Source: Candidatus Thorarchaeota archaeon (GTDB lineage: Archaea > Asgardarchaeota > Thorarchaeia > Thorarchaeales > Thorarchaeaceae). From it: 64,000 nt of DNA. A program made the translations under genes and the position numbers. Below, piece after piece: positions 56,502 through 64,000 of the stretch. The stretch lies in the NCBI GenBank assembly GCA_019057475.1, contig DXJO01000010.1, positions 64,001 through 128,000 on the forward strand. The letters run 5' to 3'. Position 1 is the first letter of the stretch. Every line of letters starts with the position of its first letter. The notes under the pieces were generated by a model, which did no database searches, had not been told where the DNA came from, and was given only the letters and a program-made list of their open reading frames with translations.

Positions 56502-57737
56502 GTGTTAGGAAAACAGCTGAGAATAGTAAACGTCATTCATCATCTCTCCCGTGGTGGGGGTGTCGCACTTCAGTCAGTGAACATGGCAGAGTCACTTAGA
56601 AATCTTGGTCACAAAGTTGCTTTTGTGACAACTAAAACAGGGGTGGCAGATCCCACAACTGATTTCCTACATGAAGAAATGCCTGTCACATATGTTTCCA
56701 AGATGGCCGGAGCCAATGTGCTAGTGCCCTTTCTTTTGAGCAGAGCATTATCCCGAAGAATCCACGAGCACGGCTGTGATGTAATTCAATCTTTTGACCC
56801 TCTAGTTGCGGCCTTGGCCGTGCTCCTGGAAAAAGATGCACAAAGAACAATTCCCTGTGTGATAAGACTTGGAACCAACTACCAAGCTCACTTCAAGTTC
56901 CAGTTTGCTCAGCCAACGACAGGGACTACACTGGATTTCATCAAGAACGCCACACGGCGCAGCGTCTATCTCTCTGCGCTAAGCATTGTGGAGAGAATGA
57001 CTCTTACAATGTCAGATGCAGTTGTTGCCAACTGTCAGTATCTTAGGGAGCTTTATGAGAGGCGTTTCCCAAAGCTAAAGAACATCACAGTTATCCCAAA
57101 CGGCGTTGATATACAGAAGTTTAATCCTACTGGGGTCAAACACCTCCTAATGTCTGACAGAATCTGGCTCCTCTACGTGGGACGCATCGAGAACCGCAAA
57201 GGCATTGACATACTCTTGCGAGCTATGCCGGCAATTCTGAAACGATATCCAAATGCAAGACTACTTCTTGTAGGGCGTGCTCCCCGGCCTTACTACCTTC
57301 AAAAGCTGAAATCGCTTGCACAGAATTTATCTTTGGAATCGAAAATACAATTCATAGGTGTCGTATCGAATGAAGATATCCCTCACTTGATGCGTGCAGT
57401 AGATGTTCTGGTGTTCCCTTCAACTACCAGGAGTGATGAGGTTGAGGGACTTCCCAATGTTATCCTTGAAGGAATGGCCTCTGGTCTTCCTGTCGTGGTC
57501 ACTAATGTGTGTGGAGTTCCCGAGGTTGTTGAGCATGGGAAGACCGGGATTCTAGTATCCCCTGGATCAACACAAGACTTGATTGATGGTGTAATTGCTC
57601 TTTTGGAATCCAAGCAGCTCAGATCAGAGCTTGGTGTACAAGGTAGGGATTTCATTATTCGTCATAATTCAACAGAGCGCACAGCTCGGGACTACATTGC
57701 TCTCTACGAAAAATTGATCGAGATTAAAGGCGAATAG
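56502..57737 (+). CDS. GT4 glycosyltransferase
   Basis: IPNGVD, YVGRI..RKG, EGLPNVILEGMASGLPVV. Confidence 0.93.
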   Translation: MLGKQLRIVNVIHHLSRGGGVALQSVNMAESLRNLGHKVAFVTTKTGVADPTTDFLHEEMPVTYVSKMAGANVLVPFLLSRALSRRIHEHGCDVIQSFDPLVAALAVLLEKDAQRTIPCVIRLGTNYQAHFKFQFAQPTTGTTLDFIKNATRRSVYLSALSIVERMTLTMSDAVVANCQYLRELYERRFPKLKNITVIPNGVDIQKFNPTGVKHLLMSDRIWLLYVGRIENRKGIDILLRAMPAILKRYPNARLLLVGRAPRPYYLQKLKSLAQNLSLESKIQFIGVVSNEDIPHLMRAVDVLVFPSTTRSDEVEGLPNVILEGMASGLPVVVTNVCGVPEVVEHGKTGILVSPGSTQDLIDGVIALLESKQLRSELGVQGRDFIIRHNSTERTARDYIALYEKLIEIKGE

Positions 57738-57742
57738 ATCGG

Positions 57743-58891
57743 GTGTGTTTCTTGCAGAAGAAGAGAGTCTTGCATGTGTTTGGCCACCTTACTCAAGGAG
57801 GAATGGAAACATGGCTTCTTAGTGTGTACAACAGAATCAACCGGAGTGCTGTGGTATTCGACATAGTTGTATCAACTGATGAAGAGCACCCTCTCAACAA
57901 GCCATTCAGAGAGTTAGGAGCTCGCATCTTCCCAACTGCAAAGATCAGGTATCCCCTTCGATTCGTTCATAGGTTTCTTGGGGTCCTGAAAGAACATGGA
58001 CATTATGACTCGGTTCATAGCCATATAGGCGCATTGAGCGGCATTGTTGTCTTGCTCGCGGCCTTGATGGGCGTAAAACAAAGAATAGTGCATGCTCACT
58101 CTTCTTACGAAGAGAGATCCGTACCTTTGGTTTCGCGATTATATCCCGCAGTTTCACTGGTTTTAAAGCGGCTTATCAGGGCCTTTGCCACAAAGGGGCT
58201 TGCCGCATCCAGAGAGGCAGCGGAGTTCCTATACGGACCAGACTGGAATACCGATTCTCGATTTGCTGTGCTCTACTGTGGCATTGACCTAGACAGGTTT
58301 GAGCGAACCAGAAACGTAACTGAAACACGAAGAGCATTGGGAATACCATCTGGCGCCCGTGTTGTGGGTCATGTAGGAAGTTTCCGTACACCAAAGAATC
58401 ATGCCTTTCTTGTCAAGATTGCTCGCGAAGTAATACGTCGAGGGAATGACGTCTGGTTTCTGTTGGTAGGCGATGGAGAGCTGAGAACCGAGATTGAGCA
58501 TCTTGCGAAACGGCTTAAGGTGGATGATCGTCTGGTATTCACGGGAATGCGCCCAGACGTTCCTGATCTCCTTGCTGCGATGGATTGCTTTGTATTTCCA
58601 TCCCTCTATGAAGGTCTAGGTCTTGTCTTGCTTGAAGCTCAAGCCTCTGGACTGCCCTGTATTGTGAGCTTGAGAGTGCCCAACGAAGCTGATGTAGTTC
58701 ATAATCTTGTGACCCGCCTTGATCTTGAAGACGGCGTGGAAGTTTGGTCAAAGACGATAATTGATGCGCTAGAGAAACCAAGACTCTCCAGAGCGGATGC
58801 TCTTGTAATAATGCATGAAAGCGCAATGAACATAGAACACTCAGTACAAGCACTTGTAGACATCTACATTAATGAACCAGATGCAGGATAG
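57743..58891 (+). CDS. GT4 glycosyltransferase (EpsF/CapH-like)
   Basis: GGMET.L, HVG.F..PKNH.FL, FPSLYEGLGLVLLEAQASGLPC. Confidence 0.93.
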   Translation: MCFLQKKRVLHVFGHLTQGGMETWLLSVYNRINRSAVVFDIVVSTDEEHPLNKPFRELGARIFPTAKIRYPLRFVHRFLGVLKEHGHYDSVHSHIGALSGIVVLLAALMGVKQRIVHAHSSYEERSVPLVSRLYPAVSLVLKRLIRAFATKGLAASREAAEFLYGPDWNTDSRFAVLYCGIDLDRFERTRNVTETRRALGIPSGARVVGHVGSFRTPKNHAFLVKIAREVIRRGNDVWFLLVGDGELRTEIEHLAKRLKVDDRLVFTGMRPDVPDLLAAMDCFVFPSLYEGLGLVLLEAQASGLPCIVSLRVPNEADVVHNLVTRLDLEDGVEVWSKTIIDALEKPRLSRADALVIMHESAMNIEHSVQALVDIYINEPDAG

Positions 58892-58894
58892 ACG

Positions 58895-59083
58895 GTTGCT
58901 ACCGCATGGTTTAATTTGCTAGCACGAATCGCTTGATATCTCTACTATACATATCACTCATTTCGCTGAATGCGGCTTGTGGAACAACTCAAGTGCAAGG
59001 TCTTCATCGATGGCAGGCGTGTCTTTTCCAAGAAACCTATTACACAAGGGTTGACATATCGAACTGTTGGCACTTGCTACTAA
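58895..59083 (+). pseudogene. UDP-glucose dehydrogenase C-terminal remnant
   Basis: VATAW followed by MRLVEQLKCKVFIDGRRVF...GLTYRTVG* (58970-59083), matching the family end IDGRN...G..Y..IG. Confidence 0.6.
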
Positions 59084-59169
59084 GAACACCAATAAAGAGG
59101 GGTTTCCTCGTAAACTACAAGAACACTGACCCTGTTTCGCTTCAGTAGCATATCCTTGGGTGATGAGTA

Positions 59170-59450
59170 ATGCAGAACGTCTTGGTTACCGGTGGAGAGG
59201 GAATGATTGGAAGTGCCATTAGAGCGCTTGGGGTCTACGAATCATGGGACATCGATAGCGAGCGTGATATTCGAAACATACCATTGCATGATGAAGTATA
59301 CGATGGCATAATTCACTTGGCGGCAAAGAGCAGAGTTGTTGATGGTTACTTCGAACCGTATGAAACATGGGACGTAAACACGCTAGGTACAATCAATGTA
59401 CTTGAGAAGGCTCGTATTGATGGGAGTTGGGTTATCAACGGCAGTTCATT
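59170..59450 (+). pseudogene. NAD-dependent epimerase N-terminal fragment
   Basis: VLVTGGEGMIG, IHLAA, N..GT.NVLE.AR; breaks off before YxxxK. Confidence 0.8.
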
Positions 59451-59645
59451 AACAGCGGGTTACTGGTGCAGCCAGGTTCGAGTGACGAGATGGCATCATC
59501 GGTAGCAACATTAATCGACTCCTCCTCAATGCGAAGCGAACTTGGTGAGCGGGGACGTGAGTACGTTGTACAGAATAACTCCATGGAAGTCACAGCTAGG
59601 AAGTATCTGACACTGTATCAGATGCTTATTCGTGGTGATCGCTAA
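59451..59645 (+). pseudogene. Orphan GT4 C-terminal remnant, paralogous to 56502-57737
   Basis: SGLLVQPGS...RSELGERGREY...NS.E.TARKY..LY; 27 of 60 residues identical by hand alignment. Confidence 0.82.
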
Positions 59646-59736
59646 ATCATTTATTCTACGGCTCTTTCCGTCAGTATTTATGGGACTGTGATTGTACTCA
59701 GCTCAATACAATTGGAAATTAGCCGTTATTGTAGAG

Positions 59737-61473
59737 TCAATAGGCTATCACCATTAAATAATCCAGAATAATCTTGTCACCTACGTTACCAGTTATGCTA
59801 AACATGAAGTATCGTAGTAAGAACGGGTCATCTACTTCATATTCATAGATTAGAAACTCCTGCGATGTGTCTATACCTGATCGATTGAACCTTCTTACAT
59901 TCCATCCAGCTGAGAAGTCTCTCTTTACTGGATAGAGATTGATACCGAATTGTGCAAGGTTAGGTGAACATAATCTAATGCGTATGAATGCACCTCTACT
60001 CATATTGAGCCACATTACGAATCCGAAATTACAGAAATAGGACGGGTCATGATCGCTTGAGTTGTATGCCTCAGGGAGCGTGACAGCACTGAGGTATGAA
60101 TTATTCTGTATTGTTAGACTAACATATGGGGAGTCATATCCTCTGATTGAAAGAATGTCCTCCATATCATTGAAATATACATTTTGACTCACGAGAGGTC
60201 CAGTGCCAGTGAAGACACTTCTATTGACATATCTTTCGCCAATTGACCACGATAGTGGAAAGAGTATGAAGAACAGAATCGTTGCTGTCTTGATTGTCCT
60301 ATTATTTCCTGAATTCGATGTCAACCGAGCTATGTATGCAAGGGGTATCCAGCTTATTGGAAGCCAGTATCTCAGACCCGAGGCGGAGGAGGTGTTTGAA
60401 TATAAGAGCACATATATGGTAAAGAACAAGAGAAACCAGGCACTGACCTGTTTAATCTTGATTAGGTTTTGTTTTATGTTCTTAAGAGTTATTTGATTTC
60501 TTCGCAGATATAAGATAAGAATGAAAAAGCAAGCAGGCAGAATCCCAACCTTGATCATTCCCTTAATGACCTCTAGAATATATGCAACATTGGCCCATCT
60601 TATCTGAAGCTGAGCAAAGAGCTGGATAAAATCACCACTCTCGAATGCTGACATATATGATGCTGGAATCATATATTCAAAGGGGAGTAAACCACCGAAC
60701 ATCAGAACAGTAATCGCAGCAAGATAGATGACTGTTGTAGTGCAAAGAAACTTCTTGAATCTAGATCTAATAATGAAGAGGTATAGCAGTACTCCGAGAA
60801 TGTATGTTTCTCTACATAGAGCACTACATACAAGAGCGATAAAACTTGTGACTAAGTACCCCCTTTGATTATCTTTTAGATAGAGCTCAGTGTAACAAAG
60901 CGACAGTAAGAAGAAAAACAACCCTGTCATATCTGTTAATATATTGAACCAGTAATTCAGGAAATTATAGCTCATAACCACAAATAATGTGAAGAGATTT
61001 ATTTCGAATTCGTTATAATCATTGAATTTCAGGAGATCCCGCATAAGTATGACGCTTCCTAATGCAAACGTCAGATTGATCATACATGCCAGAATCGAGA
61101 TGTCAATGGGTACAACGTGATGTGTTAATGCAATTAGTAAAGGGTAGAATACGCGGATCCGTGCATAATACTCGCTGAGAAGATAGTCCTCTGTTCCAGT
61201 ACTCAGCCACTTCTCAAGCGATAGTGCGTAGAATTGATACGAGTCCACACTGTAACCATTAAGAAAGACTGTTCGTATTACGCCGAATGCAATCGATGTG
61301 AATATAGCCAATAATATGATTGGTTTTATGTTCTGCTGAATTAGATTAAAAGTCTTGACAGAGAATTCATCAATGCCTTTGTGCATTCTATGATACAATG
61401 TTCTTATTATTTTCAAGAAGCTTCTGAGAATTTCTTCCATTCTTTGAATCATGATCACCTGTCTGGAATGCAA
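59737..61473 (-). CDS. Multi-TM membrane protein, probable GT-C fold; visibly AT-rich
   Basis: DS..FY, R..YPLL, LTD, RE, RY.LP pattern; extracellular C-domain. Confidence 0.65.
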   Translation of the reverse strand: MHSRQVIMIQRMEEILRSFLKIIRTLYHRMHKGIDEFSVKTFNLIQQNIKPIILLAIFTSIAFGVIRTVFLNGYSVDSYQFYALSLEKWLSTGTEDYLLSEYYARIRVFYPLLIALTHHVVPIDISILACMINLTFALGSVILMRDLLKFNDYNEFEINLFTLFVVMSYNFLNYWFNILTDMTGLFFFLLSLCYTELYLKDNQRGYLVTSFIALVCSALCRETYILGVLLYLFIIRSRFKKFLCTTTVIYLAAITVLMFGGLLPFEYMIPASYMSAFESGDFIQLFAQLQIRWANVAYILEVIKGMIKVGILPACFFILILYLRRNQITLKNIKQNLIKIKQVSAWFLLFFTIYVLLYSNTSSASGLRYWLPISWIPLAYIARLTSNSGNNRTIKTATILFFILFPLSWSIGERYVNRSVFTGTGPLVSQNVYFNDMEDILSIRGYDSPYVSLTIQNNSYLSAVTLPEAYNSSDHDPSYFCNFGFVMWLNMSRGAFIRIRLCSPNLAQFGINLYPVKRDFSAGWNVRRFNRSGIDTSQEFLIYEYEVDDPFLLRYFMFSITGNVGDKIILDYLMVIAY

Positions 61474-61736
61474 ATACCAATCTTCTATGGTGAGGCTATT
61501 AGTAACATCACTCTAGGCTATTAGTCATATCAAAGTTCCTTCCATATATCTTAATGGGCAAATTGCTAATTCCTTGCACAATCTTGAATACCCACAATCG
61601 CCAATCGGATGACGAATCATCCAGAACAACATTTCTTGGAATCAATGTGACTCCAGAGTTTTCCTGTCAATATATGCTCGTTCTATGGGTTATCGTCATT
61701 CAGAAATAGAAAAGAGGTTTCATTTATCGGGAACTA

Positions 61737-62270
61737 ATGAGATCCCAATGGTTCTCTCGCACCCAATTGGAAGAACAGTCCCTACGACAAATTAGGACAC
61801 TTTCAGTGTACTCCGCTACAGACGTACCCAATTACTCTTCACTGTTCAAGAAGAACGACATTGACCATAATATCACATCCTTTTCAGAATTCGGTTCTCT
61901 ACCCATACTGATTCGCAATTTAGTTAAGCAGCATTGTGGTGACCTCTTGACTTCAAACATGAGTAGCTTGTAATTCCCTTCTGAGAGAAGGAAGTTCGCA
62001 AAGGTGTATAGGCTAGTTGCATAGCCAACGAGTATTATCGGCTTGAACTTCTGAAGCGTGTCTGCAAACCCCCTCATCTTAATAATAGACCCGGGATACA
62101 CAGAGGAACTGATGGCAGAGCTCCTGCAGAAGGTGCAGGATTATTGCAAACCACTCGATGTCGTGTTAAAGCATGTTGATAAAATAAGGCCGGAGAAGTC
62201 TGGTAAGACTAGAATTGTCAAATCGCTACGCAGCTTGGAGGATATTCAACGCGCCGATTTTCATAACTAG
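61737..62270 (+). pseudogene. CapK/phenylacetate-CoA ligase family remnant with deletions and an inverted middle segment
   Basis: N-terminus SQW.SR.QLE...VP.Y..LF...LPIL (+), middle KFKP.ILVGYATSLY.FA (-), C-terminus VDKI.PEKSGK.RIV.S (+). Confidence 0.8.
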
Positions 62271-62385
62271 TACCTGAACGCAAATCGTTCATGTTCGTCA
62301 ATTGATTGAGCAATCGTTATTAGTATGACGTAGTTTCAAATAGAGTCAGATGGCCAACCAGAGAAAGCCACCAAGTGTGTAGAGG

Positions 62386-63117
62386 ATGGAGTCTCGCTTC
62401 ATGAAACTCGTAGTTATGATTCCCGCTTACAATGAGGAGAAGACCGTAGGCAAAGTCATTGATGAGATACCAAGGAGAATTGAGGGCGTAGACATCATAG
62501 AGGTCCTAGTAATTGATGACGGGTCAGTAGACAACACTCGGCAGGTCGCAGAGATTGCTGGGGCGAATCTGGTCGTTTCACACAGCAATAATAAAGGCCT
62601 TGCAGCATCGTTTCGTACAGGTCTAAAGACTGCCCTAAGAATGAAGGCAGACATTATTGTAAATACTGATGCCGATTTGCAGTATGACCAAACCCAAATA
62701 CGCCAGCTGGTGCGTCCGATACTCTCCAATAAGGCGGATATGGTCTTGGGATCGAGATTCAAGGGTTACATTGAGGAGATGCCAACTCGGAAGAAACTCG
62801 GAAACATACTTGCAACTTTTGTCACAAGAATTCTTTCTGGTTTCAATACTAGCGATGCACAGAGTGGCTTCAGAGCTTTCACTAGAGAACTTGCCAGCAG
62901 CTTGAAGATAACCTCTACGAAGACCTATGTTCAAGAAACTATTGTCAGAGCCGCCCGGTGTGGATATAGAATAGTCGAAATACCCATTACGTTTCGCAAG
63001 AGATCCGGCCCTTCACGTCTGATCAAGAGCATCTGGGGGTACGCTCTTAGAGTGTTACCTGAGCTGATATCATGCTACATCGATACGTTTAGGGCGTGTA
63101 GACACTTAAACACTTGA
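62386..63117 (+). CDS. GT2 glycosyltransferase (DPM1-like group)
   Basis: IPAYNEE, IDDGSVD.T, TDADLQY, GSRF, DAQSGFRA; start may be 62401. Confidence 0.93.
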   Translation: MESRFMKLVVMIPAYNEEKTVGKVIDEIPRRIEGVDIIEVLVIDDGSVDNTRQVAEIAGANLVVSHSNNKGLAASFRTGLKTALRMKADIIVNTDADLQYDQTQIRQLVRPILSNKADMVLGSRFKGYIEEMPTRKKLGNILATFVTRILSGFNTSDAQSGFRAFTRELASSLKITSTKTYVQETIVRAARCGYRIVEIPITFRKRSGPSRLIKSIWGYALRVLPELISCYIDTFRACRHLNT

Positions 63118-63136
63118 ATAACCTTTCCAAAATGTA

Positions 63137-64000
63137 TCACGCCCCTGCCTGTGATTCAAAGAAAGATGTATGTGCACAATACCACTCTATCATCTCTGTG
63201 AGGCCTTCGCGAAGTGAAACTGTTGGTCTGTACCCTAACATTCGCTTGGCTTTGCTAATACTAGCAAAGGTTGTTTTCACATCGCCTGGTTGATCTGAAA
63301 GATACTCTATCTTTGCCTCCTTTCCCAGGATGTCTTCGATAGTCTTGATGAACTCGCTAAGCACAATAATCCTTGAGTTTCCCAAGTTGAAAATTTCATA
63401 CTCATAGGGGTTCTCAACAGCACCTTGGATTCCCTCGACGATATCTTGAACGTAGGTATAGTCACGAGAACTGTTTCCGTCACCATACTGTTGTATAGTT
63501 TCTCCTCGATAGATGCCATCGATGAACTTGAAGGGCGCCATATCTGGACGGCCACGAGGTCCATATACTGTGAAGAACCTTAGACATGATACTTGGATTC
63601 CGTACAGACTGTGGTACGCATGTGTGACTACCTCGGCAGCTTTCTTTGTCGCGGCATACGGCGAACATGGCGCATCAGTTAGGTCATCCTCCCTGAACGG
63701 GACTTCAGATCTGTTGCCATAAACAGATGAAGTGGATCCCAGTATGAACTTCTCCATGTCACACCTACACGCCCAGTTGATGAGCTTGGCAGTTCCGGTT
63801 ACGTTAACATCAGCATAGGGGCCTGGCTTGGTAATGCTATTCCTTACACCCACAAGAGCTGCAAGATGAACCACCGTATCTATTTGCCAAGTATCGGATA
63901 TTCTTTTCATTACTTCTGAGTCACGGATGTCGCCGCGAACAAGATGAAATGCTTTGTTCTCCAAGGCTGCACTCAGATTGTGCTCCTTCAGTTGTGGGTT
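63137..64000 (-). CDS. NAD-dependent epimerase (UDP-glucuronate 4-epimerase-like); 5' end outside the window
   Basis: HLAA.VGVR.S, STSSVYG, YAATK, RFFTVYGPRGRPDMA; frame stays open to 64000. Confidence 0.93.
   Translation of the reverse strand, partial: NPQLKEHNLSAALENKAFHLVRGDIRDSEVMKRISDTWQIDTVVHLAALVGVRNSITKPGPYADVNVTGTAKLINWACRCDMEKFILGSTSSVYGNRSEVPFREDDLTDAPCSPYAATKKAAEVVTHAYHSLYGIQVSCLRFFTVYGPRGRPDMAPFKFIDGIYRGETIQQYGDGNSSRDYTYVQDIVEGIQGAVENPYEYEIFNLGNSRIIVLSEFIKTIEDILGKEAKIEYLSDQPGDVKTTFASISKAKRMLGYRPTVSLREGLTEMIEWYCAHTSFFESQAGA

Noticed and set aside
1-64000. rRNA, tRNA, CRISPR arrays, integrases and the many short antisense ORFs in the track
   Set aside because: No cloverleaf, repeat-spacer array or recombinase motif seen by eye (tRNAscan-SE/Infernal not run); the short ORFs shadow well-supported genes.

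Overview
Archaeal genomic window: it carries TFB, an archaeal/eukaryotic-type LeuRS, a MoaD/SAMP ubiquitin-like protein and an archaeal VapBC pair. Gene style is compatible with an anaerobic Asgard (Thorarchaeia-like) archaeon, but taxonomy cannot be proven from sequence alone. All family calls come from motif recognition by eye, not database searches. Four parts: (1) 1-10.8 kb, housekeeping and accessory genes (partial tfb, hydrolase, tandem GNAT, leuS, TrmO-like) plus an intact IS5/IS903-group element with 9-bp target-site duplication. (2) 10.9-13.4 kb, an Fe-S operon with no catalytic subunit: MvhD fused to a HycF-like ferredoxin, a HycB/HydN-like protein and two MetV N-domain-only paralogues. 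(3) 14-33 kb, the best candidate for an undescribed system: two tungsten AOR-family oxidoreductases with Fe-S subunits, co-transcribed with a PreA-like flavoprotein with an altered active site and an allantoinase/dihydropyrimidinase-like enzyme, near a deaminase-like amidohydrolase, PfkB kinase, PAS kinase and a catalytically degenerate YgeW-like carbamoyltransferase; this suggests tungsten-dependent anaerobic nucleobase catabolism. (4) 35.6-64 kb, a large surface-glycosylation island (GT2, many GT4, GT-C membrane enzymes, flippase, epimerases, GT4/six-hairpin/GH130 module) with many gene remnants, including orphan duplicated C-termini and an internally inverted pseudogene. I found no rRNA, tRNA or CRISPR array.
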